NCBI GenBank assembly: GCA_951406725.2
Contig: OX597821.1
Location: 34,100,001 to 34,164,000 of the forward strand
Direction of reading: 5' to 3'
From: Octopus vulgaris
Lineage: Eukaryota
DNA length: 64,000 nt
In this document: positions 1-13,607 of the stretch, in pieces
Numbering within the stretch: the stretch's first letter is position 1
How the letters are laid out: each line of letters opens with the position of its first letter
Program-made: the position numbers and the translations under genes
The notes under the pieces: generated by a model
What the model was told of the DNA's origin: nothing
Seen by the model: the letters and a program-made list of their open reading frames with translations, nothing else
The model's database searches: none

Positions 1-92
1 ACCTTGGGCAAGTGTCTTCTACTATAGCCTCGGGCCGACCAAAGCCTTGTGAGTGGATTTGGTAGACGGAAACTGAAAGAAGCCCGTCGTAT
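1..92 (+). mobile_element. SINE family A, partial copy cut by the window edge
   Basis: accttgggcaagtgtcttctactatagcc...gaagcccgtcgt matches the body of full copies at 40125-40525 and 60648-61060. Confidence 0.85.
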
Positions 93-231
93 ATATGTAT
101 ATATATGTATATGTGTGCCTGTGTGTGTGCATGTGCATGTGTATACATACATATGGATGTGCGTGTATATACATACATATATGCATACATATATGCATAC
201 ATATATATATGTATGCATATTCATGCATGTA

Positions 232-265
<34 letters not shown>

Positions 266-676
266 ATCTAACCTCTATCCTGTCTAATTTCCTTGTGTAT
301 TTACAACAATGCTCTTTATACTATATGTGTTCTAATACACCAAGTTGTTTGAAATAACTGTCGTATTTTCTGTGAATGTTGCTTTAGATAAACTGGTGTC
401 CCGTCCAAGGGTGGGCAGAATTTATCTCCCATTTGCTTCCCTCTTTAAAACTAGAGCTAAACACCAGTTCCTCTCACAGTTAAACGCTTAGTATTCAGAT
501 TACTTTCTCAAATGCGACTCTAATGTATTAATATTATTTTGAACTACTCAGGCATTTTTAGAATGACATTGTAGGATAGGTATGCAATGCCAGATCTGTC
601 CATCTTGACAATATAACAGGTAGAATATTTGATCTAGATACGGCCAGTTTAAATGCTAAAGGGTTAAGGAACATTT

Positions 677-1030
677 CGTTTAGCGTCCACTTTCCATGCT
701 AGCATGGGTTGGATGGTTCAACTGGGGTCTGGGAAGCCAGAAGGCTGCACCAGGCCCAGACTGATCTGGCAATGTTTCTACGGCTGGATGCCCTTCCTAA
801 CATCAACCACTCTGTGAGTGTAGTGGATGCTTTTTACGTGACAGACAAGGCTGGCAAACGGCCACGATCGGATGGTGCTTTTTACGTGTCACTGGCACGG
901 AGGCCAGTTGGGGTGGCGCTGGCAATGGCCACGTTCAGATGGTTCTCTTACGTACCACCGGCACTGGTATCACAGCTACAATTTCCATTGATGTTGATCG
1001 ATTTCAATTTCGATTTCGATTTTGATTTTG
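677..1030 (-). mobile_element. 5'-truncated copy of the RTE LINE 3' UTR (family D)
   Basis: Reverse complement of the 3' end of the LINE at 22950-23535 (ccatgctagcatgg, gatgcccttcctaac motifs). Confidence 0.85.
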
Positions 1031-1489
1031 ATTTATTCATTTAGTTATTCTTCTTCCATGATGTCTGTTCTCAGCGATTTCATGCAACAAATCTGCAAAT
1101 TGATCAATCAATGAATCAATTACATAATCACCAATTCAACTCAAACTAAATTAGATAAAGCTAAGTGCTATGTTGACGAGAAAGAGCTGCAACATTAGTG
1201 AGAGAAGATATACAAATAATCAATTGACAGGAAACGCTGCCATCTTCAAGCTAGGAGATATTAATGTTATGCGTAATGCATAAATTGTTGTTTAGCTCCA
1301 GGCTAACTCAATAGATCTAGGTTCAAAGGTATTCCAGCTGTGACCATCACTCTGTTTTTAATTTATGTTTTATCAGTCCTCTCTTTCCCAAGATGTGGAA
1401 GCATGTGGTTTAGTGGTTAAGGTGTTGGACGCATGACTGTAAGATTGTGGTTTTGATTCCTGGACTGGGAATCTTTTGTGTTCTCTTTC

Positions 1490-1885
1490 TCTTTCACTTG
1501 TTTCAGTCATTTGATTGTGGCCATGCTGGAGCACCACCTTTAGTCGAGCAAATCGACCCCAGGACTTGTTCTTTGTAAGCCTAGTACTTATTCTATCGGT
1601 CTCTTTTGCCGAACCACTAAGTTATTGGGATTCAAACACACCAGCATCGGTTGTCAAGCGATGTTGGGGGGACAAACACAGACACACAAACATATATACA
1701 CACACACATATATACATATATACGACGGGCTTCTTTCAGTTTCTGTCTACCAAATCCACTCACAAGGCTTTGGTCAGCCCGAGGCTATAGTAGAAGACAC
1801 TTGCCCAAGGTGCCACACAATGGGACTGAACCCGGAACCATGTGGTTGGTAAGCAAGCTACTTACCACACAGCCACTCCTATGCC
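1490..1885 (-). mobile_element. SINE family A, full length (tRNA-like head, central microsatellite, gtaaaaga-type tail)
   Basis: Collinear with the other full family A copies; head ggagtggctgtgtggtaag and B-box-like ggttcagtccc on the minus strand. Confidence 0.85.
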
Positions 1886-2639
1886 TTCTTGAGTAAAGCA
1901 CTTCATTTCACTTTGCTCCAATCCATTCAGCAGGCAAAAATGGAGTAATCCAGCAATGGTCCAGTGTCCCCTTAAGATAGAGAATATATGTCATGAAACT
2001 GAGAAGGTGGCCCTTATGAGTCAATATGACACAAGAAGGTAATTTTACTTCTTTTTTTTTTATCTACCTTAGATGACATTATTCAATGTATCCTTTTTTC
2101 TTAGATGGAAAGAGGAGGATGATTTAAGGGTGTTTTTAACTGCTATTTCTAACAAACTGAATAACCACATAGAAGCTCCTTCATTGGCTTGTTGTAGTGG
2201 TAATATAGTGTTATAATAATCCTTTCCACTGTAAATACAAGGCCTGTAATTTTTTTTCGTGGGGTGGGGTGAAGATAGTTGATTACATCAGCTCCTGTAC
2301 TCAACTGGGTACTTAATTTATTGACCCTTTAATGGATGAGAGGTAAAGTCAACCTTAGCAAAATTTGGACTCTGAACATAAAACGGACAATATGCTGCTA
2401 AGCATTCTGCCACCTGCTGCCTTAATATAATGTCGTAATAATAAGATTATTTTATACCGTACTCAGATGCAATGGAAAAAGTTAAAAGAACGGAACAGAA
2501 AGCAGCTACAAGAGAGGAAAGACAGACAGCCATGGAAGCTAGAACATGCACAGTACTTAGAATAAAACACTCAGAACAGAAAAGTGAACTGGAAAAGAAC
2601 CATTAAGAGGAAATGGTACATAGGATGGTATTCTCTCTT

Positions 2640-2882
2640 TCTCTCTTTTACTTGTTTTAGTCATTTCTGCGGCCATGCTGGAGCACCACCTTTAGTTGAG
2701 TAAATCGACCCCAGGACTTATTCTTTGTAAGCCTAATACTTATTCTATCAGTCACTTTTGCTGAGCTGCTAAGTTACGGGGATGTAAATACACCACCATC
2801 AGTTGTCAAGCGATGTTGGGGGGGGGGGGGACAAACACAGGCACACAAACATATACACACACACACATACATACATACATAC

Positions 2883-2921
<39 letters not shown>

Positions 2922-3383
2922 AGCGATGCCTTGACTGGCTTCTGTGCTGGTGGCACGTAAAAAGTTCCATCCGATCGTGGCTGTTTGCCAGCCTCCCGTG
3001 GCACCTGTGCCGGTGGCATGTAAAAAGCACACACTACACTCACGGAGTGGTTGGCGTTAGGAAGGGCATCAAGCTGTAGAAACACTTCCAGATCAGACTG
3101 GAGCCTGGTGCAGCCTCCTGGCTTCCCAGACCCCGGTTGAACCGCCCAACCCATGCTAGGATGGAAAACGGACGTTAAACGATGATGATGATGATGATAT
3201 ATATATATGTATACATATATACAGCGTGCTTCTTTCAGTTTCCGTCTGCCAAATCCACTCACAAGGCATTGGTCGGCCTGAGGCTATAGTAGAAGACACT
3301 TGTCCAAGGTGCCATGCAGTGGGAATGAACCCGGAACCATGTGGCTGGTAAGCAAGCTACTTACCACACAGCCACTCCTGCAC
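2640..3383 (-). mobile_element. SINE family A interrupted by a plus-strand RTE-tail copy (~2920-3198) in its (TA)n
   Basis: The two SINE halves flank a family D copy that ends in (gat)n. Confidence 0.85.
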
Positions 3384-3404
3384 CTGGAGTAGTACTGGTG
3401 AACT

Positions 3405-3790
3405 TTGGGAAACATGAAACTCTTGAAGAATGCAGTATTCTGACATTTAACAGTTGATGTGGGTAGTTTATTCCATGCTTCAATATTCCTGAGAATGGAA
3501 AAGTGCTTCTGAATGTGTATTGTGCTGTTTTTTTAAAGTTTTATAAGCATGCTTATGAGCGTGCAAAATATTGTATTCAAAATGGTAACCAAAGTTGTTG
3601 TTGGAAAGATGGTAGATAACTTTGTGTGCTTCTAATCAAGTCAGCTGTTAAATTTTGAGACTTTAGTGTTATAACCTGGAGAAGTAATGCATTCAAAATA
3701 TGGCAAATGACTGACAGAGGGTTTATATATTTGCATATCTAGTTTTCAGGCCTGAATAGGTTGACATTCGGATGATAACCTTCATTATTG
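3405..3790 (-). pseudogene. Degenerate CR1-group LINE 3' end
   Basis: Minus-strand translation includes KHFSILRNIEAWNKLPTSTVKCQNTAFFKS, matching the F..R....WN.LP...V......FK C-terminus of CR1-group RTs. Confidence 0.55.
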
Positions 3791-3841
3791 CTGCCTAACT
3801 ACAAATTGCCAATTGAGTAGATTTATGCTGAAAGACATTCT

Positions 3842-4258
3842 GGATCTTTTCAGTTTGAACGGCAGTTTTTAACATAATTTCTAGGTAATTAAAAAATTTT
3901 AAACTTCTTACACTTGTAGAATGTGTTTATAAAACATCTTTTTCTCTTGGCTTTATTGAGAAAATTCTATAGTTTGTAAGATATTTGTTGTTTTTTTCTT
4001 CAATTTCTGCAATTTCAACCAATCACTGACATCCATTGAGGTAAACAACATTCTGTGCCGTATGAATATGTCCCTTGTTTAAGAAACAAATTGGGTTTAT
4101 GTACATTTGTGAAGAAAAAAAAGGTACCCTTCCCCCCACCCCTAACCCTAACCCTAAAATAGATTGAAATGCAATAGATCGATACTAGGGTCATAATTAT
4201 GGGTGACAATTTCATATGACACCGCTAGAAAAAACTGCCGTTCAAGTCGAAAAGATCC
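3842..4258. mobile_element. MITE with ~29-bp TIRs and an 8-bp TSD (GG termini; possibly Merlin-like)
   Basis: ggatcttttcagtttgaacggcagttttt ... aaaaactgccgttcaagtcgaaaagatcc; flanks gacattct / gacattcc; internal (ccctaa)3. Confidence 0.8.
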
Positions 4259-5474
4259 GACATTCCAACTATGACACTCCTGTTCTTTTTATTGTATTTT
4301 CTTTTTCCAGATAAAGTGTTTTCTTTGATTACATTATCCAATATATCTTGTCTTTTTAAGAAGTTTTTTGTTTTATTGCCACAGAATAGTTACAAGTGCT
4401 TTAGAATTTGTGAGAGCACATCTATCCTGAGAAAAATAATGAATCTTTAATTTTACAAATTCCTAATTATCTGCTATAATAATACTCTTGTGCTTTTCTC
4501 CGTCACAACATATGAATGAGAAAGGAAGGGGTGATAGATGAATAAGGAAGGAAGGGGTAATGGCAAACTTGGTACTGGGATGATGGAAATTCTACGGTGA
4601 AAAAAGCATCAAAACAGTGTTTCAACTCTGTGTAAGTATATGTGTGTGTGTGTATGTAAAAAGGAGGTATGTGAATGCAATCAAGTTACCCCATCCCCTG
4701 AAATTGCTGGCCTTGCATCAAAGTTTGAAATCAATATATTGTGATATAATTAAGGTGGCAAGCTGGCAGAATTGTTAGCATGCCAGCCAAAATGCTTAGC
4801 GGTATTTCGTCTGCCTTCACAATCTGAGATCAAATACCACTTGAGTTGAGTTTGTCTTTAATCCTCAGGGGGCCAATAAAATAAGTACCATATAAACACT
4901 GGGGTCCCCTGAATTTGCTAGCCTTGTGACAAAATTCGAAACCAATACACTAAGATATGGTTTGAAGAAAATTTAGCTGCCTAGTTTTTGAAAATTTAAT
5001 AACCATGTAGAGACACTTTAGTTAGCTCATATATTTACGTATGATATGAGGTTAACTAGGAAGGTAGGATGTGATACTTGTTTAATGAGTAGCTTGCTAG
5101 TTAAATTGGTAGGTTGGAAAAGCAGATATTCAGCCATCCGCATTTGCACTGATACACAAGTACTTATGTATAAAAGACATCTATAGAAATATGCACATTT
5201 ATGTACACAAATACACACACACACACACACACACACACATGCACATATACGCACACATGTAAATACATATATGCCTACATATATACACATGTATGCACAC
5301 ACATACATAAATGTATAAATATATACGTACATGCATATATATCTATACTTATATGTATATGCATATAAATAGATACACACACACACATGCACACATAATA
5401 ATTACACAATCACATAATATGATACAAATACAAACTCATGCACTTGTGCATACATCTAAACATAAGTAGAAAAC

Positions 5475-5522
<48 letters not shown>

Positions 5523-6249
5523 CACATATACATATATATGAAACACCATTAGTGCCACCACCTCCACCACTACCACCATCACCAAAAAACAACATCAGTA
5601 ACAACAACAACAACTAAACAAACCAATCTACTCCACTATTAAAGCAGGTTTTATGAAGCATCATTCTTCAATTGTAGAATCTGTAATTCTATGGTATTGA
5701 TTGGGAAAATTTCAGTAATCAATACTGCATTGCATACATAATTTTCTTTTGAGCAATGATTATCATTTAAGTGAGAGCTTGTTGATCTGATTATGATTTC
5801 AGTAAGATTCCTGGCTCAATTGAAACAGCAGGAGACAAGCATATATGCACGTGGTTACCAAATTTGTTATTGCTGCTGCTGCTGTTGCTGTTGTTGTTGT
5901 TGTTGTTGTTGTTGTCACTGCTGCTGTTGTTGTTGCTTAGCTCCAGTTCAGTTCTAATTGAACAGACTTCAATGTGTAACCGTTTCGTCTTGCATCTATG
6001 GGAATCCAAGACTGTATTTTTCCCGTTGTGTGATTTAGCTGCTACTTTCAGCTGGTCAAATGAACACATAGTAGCTCCGTCAATGTCTCGTACAAAATTT
6101 ACTGTTGATAATGTTGTAGTCGTTGTTGTCGTCGCTGTTTATCATCAGGCCTAGAGGAGATTTGATTCAGCAGATATTTGTATCCATGGGGGATATGTAT
6201 GTGGGGCTACATTATCCATTGTGTTCATTCCTGTTTTAAGGGTGGTGGT

Positions 6250-6490
6250 CGTGGTGGTGAGCTGGCAGAAACATCAGCACGCCGGGCGAAATTTGTAGCC
6301 GTATTTCGTCTGCCGTTACGTTCTGAGTTCAAATTCCGCCGAGGTCGACTTTGCCTTTCATCCTTTCAGGGTCGATAAATTAAGTACCAGTTACGCACTG
6401 GGGTCGATATAATCGACTTAATCCGTTTGTCTGTCCTTGTTTGTCCTCTCTGTATTTAGCCCCCTGTGGGGGGGGGGGTAAAGAAATAGG
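6250..6490 (+). mobile_element. SINE family B (tRNA-like head plus Nin-like domain)
   Basis: gagctggcagaa...gagttcaaattccgccgaggtcgactttgcctttcatcctttcagggtcgataaattaagtacc...aaagaaatagg; about 12 copies in the window. Confidence 0.85.
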
Positions 6491-6813
6491 TGGTGGTGGT
6501 GATGTTGGGGTTTAATTTTAGGAAAAATTAGCTGCTATTTCAGTCATGTTTATCAGCCACATAGCAGAACTGTCACTGGTTTGTCTTGTTCTTTCAACTT
6601 CTATTGTGTTTTCCCTCTCTATCTCAGTTTTGCTAATCCCTTACTTTCCCATGTTGATTGTTAATCAGTAGCTCACTCTGTCTAAGGCTATGCTACATTG
6701 GCTCTAGCTAGGGAACTGGGCAGCCACAGTGTTTTGTCATTTGCCATTTTTGCCAACACGAGAACCTCACCCCAACCCCTATAAATTAGCCCCTATAATT
6801 AGACATGCAGCTA

Positions 6814-7280
6814 GCTGCTAAATTTGTTGATAAGTTTACCAATTTTGTTTCCAAGGAAAATTTAAGCTCTGAGAAGCTCTACAATTCTGATGAGACAGCA
6901 TAGTCTTTGAATTCTTCACCAAGAAGAACACTGACAACTGAGGATGTAGGGTCCCTAACAGGTTATAAAGCATTGGAAGATCATGTCACTGTGCTGGGTT
7001 GCAGGAACAGCCAGGTGCAAGTTGTTGATCAATGGTAAAAGTTTACATCCCGGAGCTCATTACCTGTTACCTGTAATTTATCATTCCAACTAAAAATGAT
7101 GGCTAACAACTAACATTACACTGGATTGATTTGAAAATTATTTCATTTCTTAAACAAAGGCTCTCTATTGGCCTGAACCACAAATGTAATATAAAGCTTG
7201 TTTTAGACATTTCAACTCGTCCTCTGGCAGAATTCCTGGTAAAAGATAATGTTCTTGCAATTAACCCCCCACCCACCTAA
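6814..7280 (+). pseudogene. Fossil pogo/Tigger (Jerky-like) DDE transposase fragment
   Basis: Translates with stops and frameshifts to AAKFVDKF..ENLSSEKLYNSDETA*..PRRTL..GYKALEDHVTVLGC..LLINGKS..LPVIYHSN..FENYF..LVLD..AEFLVKDNVLAI, the YNxDETG / RxTVL / GKS / LPV.Y..N / LD motifs of DDE_1. Confidence 0.75.
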
Positions 7281-7999
7281 TAAGTCAAAGTTTGATCATG
7301 GCAGCAAACAACTAACCTGTTCAAGTCTGAAAAACACAAAATTTCTTTTTTATCAGTCAGTTGACCAGCAAAACATTCAATGGACCCAGCAGATATTTAA
7401 CTCATTAAACTTCAGGTTTTGTAAACGAGCACTGTTTTTAGGACACACAATATATAGGATTGTCATTAACAATTTCATCTTTGACACCTTGTTTTGAAAG
7501 ACATTAGCTATAAATAGCTAACAGTAACTGAAAGACAACCAAGATCAACTGCTACAAGAATTTATTGCACTCAACATCAACCAAAGACCATGATGACAAT
7601 GCTTATGACACAGTTTAATATAGCTGGTGTAAATATCCTCTTCTCTGTCATTCATCACAATAGGAACTTCCAGTAACATTCTTATTGTTAAAACAACTCT
7701 TCCAGTTCCTGTATAGTGTTGAAAGTAAATAGCTCATTCCTACCACCTAAGAGTTTTGCACCTTGACAGGAACAGAGTTTTTTTATTCTTTTTCAAATGG
7801 TTAAGGCAAATATATGACATAATCTGATAACAGAGTTACAAATAGTTTCAGTGCTAAAGTCATGAAACTATTATTAACTTTGCTTGAAAACCCATTGTTT
7901 GAATTATTATATTCATATACCTATATAAATGTTTGTACGCGTGTGTTTTGCATATGTACCTATGTACATGTATATATATACTACATCTATATACATACA

Positions 8000-8083
<84 letters not shown>

Positions 8084-8444
8084 TCTGCAAGTTTGTTTCA
8101 AGTACTATATATTTTACATATTTCTTGATACTGTTATCAAACATATGTTTGTGTGTGTGTGTGCGTGTGTGTGAGTGTGTTTGTGTGTGAGTGTGTTTGT
8201 ACATGCACGTATGCGTGTGTGATTGGATAAAATTCTTTCACTACTGTAACTGTTATCGAAACTAAAGCAAAAAACGATTTCAGACAAAATATATATATAT
8301 ATAAAACAAAAACAAAAACCAAAACAAAAGCAAGTGGAATGAAAATGATTATTTACATCAAAGAATTTGATATTTTGTTTCCATAATCGCTTTGTGATAA
8401 TCCTATAGGAAATAATAATGATGATGATAATAATAATAATAGTG

Positions 8445-8482
<38 letters not shown>

Positions 8483-8520
8483 GATAATAATGATAATAAT
8501 AATAATGATAATAATACATG

Positions 8521-8591
<71 letters not shown>

Positions 8592-8735
8592 GATGTACAC
8601 TATATTGTAGTTGCAGTTATCAGAACTCAAATAGTAAAACTATTCACAAATGTACATGAACAGTATTAGGTGTGAAGTTCTTAACATTATTGTTGTGTTG
8701 TTGTCATCGTCGTCGTCATCATCATCATCATAATA

Positions 8736-8772
<37 letters not shown>

Positions 8773-10821
8773 CTATAACCATCATCATCATTATCGTCGT
8801 CGTTGTCATAATCATCATCATCTCGATTATTGTTTTTTTTGGTTGTATTAGTTTTAATAAATGTTGTTATTATCATCAAAAATTTATGCTGTTGATGTTG
8901 TTGTTGTTGTCATCATCATCATCATCATCATTATTAATTACTCTCTTCCTATTTCATACAATTTTTCTACCCGTCCACCTCCTCCGGGGAACTGGACAAT
9001 GGAATATGAATAATTAAATTTGTGGTCAAATTACTGTTTCTGGTTTATGTTTTTTTCTCAGTGCTTTCATCCACGTAGCTGTGTGCACGCATGAAGCTTT
9101 ATACACCACGATGCAGTTAGTTGCATAGAAATAATTTTTAAAAAGACACAAAAAAAATGTAAAAATTTAGAAATATAATTAACGTATCTTGTGTAGGTAT
9201 GAAACCAAATTGTTTTTTGATCGTAGGAGAAGGGAGGGAAATGGAGATTTATGATGTTCGTTCCTTTTCTTTTGACACTAACCATCATCATCATAGTCAT
9301 CCTCATTATTTAACGTCCGTTTTCCATGTTTGTATGGGTTGGATGGTTTGATAGAATCCGTTGTGTCCAAGAACTGCATTGTCCCCCACTGTCTGCTTTG
9401 TCATGGTGCCTACGGCTGGATGCCCTTCCTAACATTGAGTATTTTGCAGAGTGTACTGGGTCCTCTTTTGTTTTTGGTAACACCAGCACTATTGAGGTTG
9501 AAGAGAAGAGAGTGGTAGACCGTAGTAATTTAGTATACAACGACAAGGCGAAATAAACTTTTAAATAAAAATAAGAGATGGTATCAAAAAGTTCCTGGAC
9601 TAGTTCTACAGTACACCAAAAAATGGCAGCCCACGGTTGTGTGTTCAATGAGAGCTAGTAGTGACTTTCCTCATCATCATCATCATCATCATCCTCACCA
9701 CCAATACCACCACCACCACCACCATCCTCCTCCTCATCATCATCACTATCAACCCATTAAGGCAAAATAAACTTTTAAATATATTTCTTTACTACCCACA
9801 AGGGGCTAAACACAGAGAGGACAAACAAGGACAGAAAAAGGGATTAAGTCGATTACATCGACCCCAGTGCGAAACTGGTACTTTATTTATCGACCCCAAG
9901 AGGATGAAAGGCAAAGTCCCAAAAAGTTCCTGACTAGTTCTATAGATGGTGATAATAATGATGATGATGATGATGATGATGATGAATAGCAAGCTTGTTG
10001 TATCTCAAACATTCATACCTACGACTGTTTAGAAAAATGGACATGGAATCAATGTTAGCAAAAATTTAGAGCTGCCGTAATTTACTTGGAGACAAGGCAT
10101 GAACATCACAAATTCCTGAATGTTTTTCTGTTTTCCTTTATTTATAGAGAAAAAATATGTGATAGAAATAATAGACTTTATGCTTATATATAAAGAAACT
10201 ATTATCCTGGTATTTCTTTGTATGTCGCTCTGTAATATATAATATGATTCCATAACAATAATCTTTATGTAATGAAGTTAAATTGATGTGCTGTGAGTTG
10301 AATTATTAATATTTTATTGTCTAGCTCCCGTGTGGTTAGAATGTCCCACTGAAATGAGGAAAAGAAAAAAACAACAACAACAAAAACAACAGCAACAACA
10401 ACAATAATAATAATAATAATAAGCAGACATTTTTGGGGAGCATCATAGCCATGTGTTGTGAGGAATTCTTTGGGGTTTGGATAATTCACCTTTGGAAGCA
10501 TGATTAAACAACTCTTATTCAAGGACATTTTGAGTGGGATGGGCTACTCGACTTGACAAAAATTCTAATTGGACCCCATCTGCAAAGTCATGCGCTGTTT
10601 ATCTTGATATGAGGTCACCATGTTGTGCACATATGGTTGTGATGCATATGCCTGGTGTACCCTTATCAGACGGGTAGTCACGATGGGTATACTGGGCTTC
10701 GTATATTTTACCCCAGTGTCACTTTGATGGTATGCATTGCTCTCTCACTTGATAATAATAATAGTAAACCTGCCATCCACATGAATCCTACCAGGAATAA
10801 GGTTGAACCTGAATCAAGCCA

Positions 10822-10962
10822 AATAGTAATAATAATAATAATAATGATAATAGTAATAATAATAATAATCATAATAGTAGTAGCAGTAGTAATAACGATA
10901 ATAGGAATAGTAATAACAATAAGAACAGTAATAATAATAATGATAATAATAATAATAATAAC

Positions 10963-11015
<53 letters not shown>

Positions 11016-11280
11016 TGATAATAGTAATAATAATAATAATCATAGTAGTAGTGGCAGTAATAATAATGATAATAGGAATAGTAATAATAATAAGAGCAGT
11101 AATAATAATAACAAGAGCAGTAATAATAATAACGATAATAATAATAATAATAATAATAAGGATAATAATAGTAATAATAATAATAATCATAGTAGTAGTA
11201 GCAGTAGTAATAATGATAATAGGAATAGTAATAACAATAAGAACAGTAATAATAATAATGATAATAATAATAATAATAAC

Positions 11281-11330
<50 letters not shown>

Positions 11331-11446
11331 TGATAATAGTAATAATAATAATAATCATAGTAGTAGTGGCAGTAATAATAATGATAATAGGAATAGTAAT
11401 AATAATAAGAGCAGTAATAATAATAAGAGCAGTAATAATAATAACG

Positions 11447-11495
<49 letters not shown>

Positions 11496-11599
11496 GGATA
11501 ATAATAGTAATAATAATAATAATCATAGTAGTAGTAGCAGTAGTAATAAAGATAATAGGAATAGTAATAATAATAAGAGCAGTAATAATAATAATAACG

Positions 11600-11662
<63 letters not shown>

Positions 11663-11695
11663 GTAATAATGATAATAATAGTCATAATTATAATG
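10822..11695. repeat. (AAT)n-based compound microsatellite with higher-order units
   Basis: The landmark aatcata(g/a)tagtagt..cagta..ataggaatagtaata recurs 5 times; explains the poly-Ile and poly-Tyr ORFs. Confidence 0.95.
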
Positions 11696-12012
11696 GTTAA
11701 TAGTCAATATCTCATAATTTTACACTCCCTGATTGTTCACACCTACAATGTTATTGTACATTTATAAGTGTTTTGTTTTTTTGTATTATCCTGTGCTATT
11801 ATCAACTTAATTACAAAATCATTATTCTTTTTTTTCCTTCTTTTATTATTTTTCCCTTTAGGATTTCTATACAAGAAATTTATTAAAATAAAATAAATTA
11901 TTAAAAAAAGTCTTCGATCTGGATGATTATTTTTAATCCTCTTTCTCTTATCTATAGATTTTTTTAGATTTTTTTTTATCATTGTATACAATTTGGGAAA
12001 GGTAATTAGTTC

Positions 12013-12345
12013 TGTGGTGGTGGTGGTGGTGGTGTTGGTGGTAGTGGTAGCGGCGGTGGTGGCGGCAGAGGTGGTGGCATTGGTGATGGTGATTGTGGTG
12101 GTGGTGGTGGTGGTGGTGGTGGCGATGGTGGAAGTGGTGGTGGTGGGGGTGTCAGTGGTGGTAACAGTATTCGTGGTGGTGGTGGTGGTGGTGGCAATGG
12201 TGGTGGTGGTGGTGGTGGAGGCAATGGTGGAAGTGGTGGTGGTGGGTGTGTCAGTGGTGGTAACAGTATTCATGGTGGTGGTGGCAATGGTAGTGGTGAT
12301 GGTGGTGGTGGTGGTGGAGGTGGTGGTGGTAGTGGTAGTGTTTGG
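12013..12345. repeat. (GGT)n compound repeat with an internal duplication
   Basis: ggc.atggtggaagtggtgg..gtcagtggtggtaacagtattc occurs twice; explains the poly-Val/Pro/Thr ORFs. Confidence 0.95.
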
Positions 12346-12643
12346 GTTAGATGTAGTAGTAACTTAGTGGTTATAGGACAGTAAGGAAGCTTTGATGTAG
12401 GCACCTGATTTGCTGGGAAACAAAACCAGTCAAATCTCGCCTCTCTTTCCCAAGAATACTTTCAGTGACTCTGGACACACCAGCAACTATGGCACCAGAG
12501 CTACTACAGGACATTACTGATGGACTGACTGGTGGCTAAGTAGGGACGCCGATGCCGAGCCCCCCCACTCCCCGACGCCGTATATATATGGTTATCAATT
12601 TGTATTTCAAGAATCCTGATGTGAAATCATGTGTTGAAACAGA

Positions 12644-13003
12644 TATTGTTGTATTTTGGGATGGTGATTTCTTTTTTTTTGCCAAATAATCACATGCACT
12701 ATATATTTTTGTTCACTAATTTATTACTGTTCTTAGTTTTTTTTTTTTATTATTTTAACTCATGTCCATTATCCAGGAATCTTTTGTCACACATCTGTGA
12801 CCTCTTCAGCAGCACTTTTCATTTCCGTGTGTGTCCTTGCTCCACTTAATCCATTCTGTTCTTCTAAGGTGTGTATCCTTATGTGTGCCGGACAATGGAC
12901 GTGAGTTATAATAATAAAATGATAAAATGATAAATGAGTGAAGAAAAAATATATAGTGCATGTATTTATTTGGGTGGGTAGGTGGGAATGACCATCTTGA
13001 AAT

Positions 13004-13012
<9 letters not shown>
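12644..13012. mobile_element. Degenerate MITE
   Basis: tattgttgtattttgggatggt ... accatcttgaaatacaataata imperfect TIRs; the same end recurs at ~44163. Confidence 0.5.
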
Positions 13013-13036
<24 letters not shown>

Positions 13037-13214
13037 GTTTACAGATCAGTAGAGGTAGAATCAATCTAGTGAGAGATAATTATCAATTTTAATATGCAAC
13101 TGAAAGACCTACTAATAGTTTCAAAGCTTTTATAAACTTGAACATATGCATGAAACTACTAGTTGCTATTCATTTGTGTATTTAAACTGATATATATATA
13201 TATATATATATTGC

Positions 13215-13607
13215 CTGAGCAACAAACTGGCCTTTGTGCTGGTGACACGTTAAGCACACCATTCGAGCGTGATTGTTACCGCGTCGCCTTACTAGCACTT
13301 GTGCTGGTGGCACGCGAAACATTCGAGCGAGGACTCGCCAGTGCCGCTGGACTGGCTCTTGTGCAGGTGGTATGTAAAAAGCACCATTTGGACATGGCCG
13401 TTGCCAGTACCACCAAACTGGCCCTCATGCCGGTGGCACGTAAAAGCACCCACTACACTCTTGGAGTGGTTGGCGTTAGGAAGGGCATCCAGCTGCAGAA
13501 ACTCTGCCAGATCAGATTGAAGTCTGGTTTGCAAGACCTCAGTCAAATCGTCCAACCCATGCTAGCATGGAAAGCCAACGTTAAATGATTATGATGATGA
13601 TGATGAT
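13215..13607 (+). mobile_element. RTE 3' UTR copy (family D)
   Basis: Four gtgc(c/t)ggtggcacgtaaaa-type modules, then the conserved tail and (gat)n. Confidence 0.85.

Noticed and set aside
1625-1896. Recurrent GLNPEPCGW / RHLPKVP and LDALPNANH peptides
   Set aside because: Chance frames in SINE family A and the RTE 3' UTR; they recur only because the repeats recur
5791-6140. Minus-strand open frame with a poly-Asn/Ser tract as a possible exon
   Set aside because: Weak acceptor, no recognisable domain, partly microsatellite
6887-6912. ctgatga-gac-agcata-gtc as a hammerhead
   Set aside because: No GAAA or stem III follows; it encodes the SDET motif of the transposase fossil
10655-11767. 370-aa poly-Ile ORF and antisense poly-Ile/poly-Tyr ORFs
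   Set aside because: Translations of an (AAT)n array; no coding complexity
13108-13164. actaatagtttca / tgaaactactagt inverted pair as an HHR remnant
   Set aside because: No CUGANGA core in register
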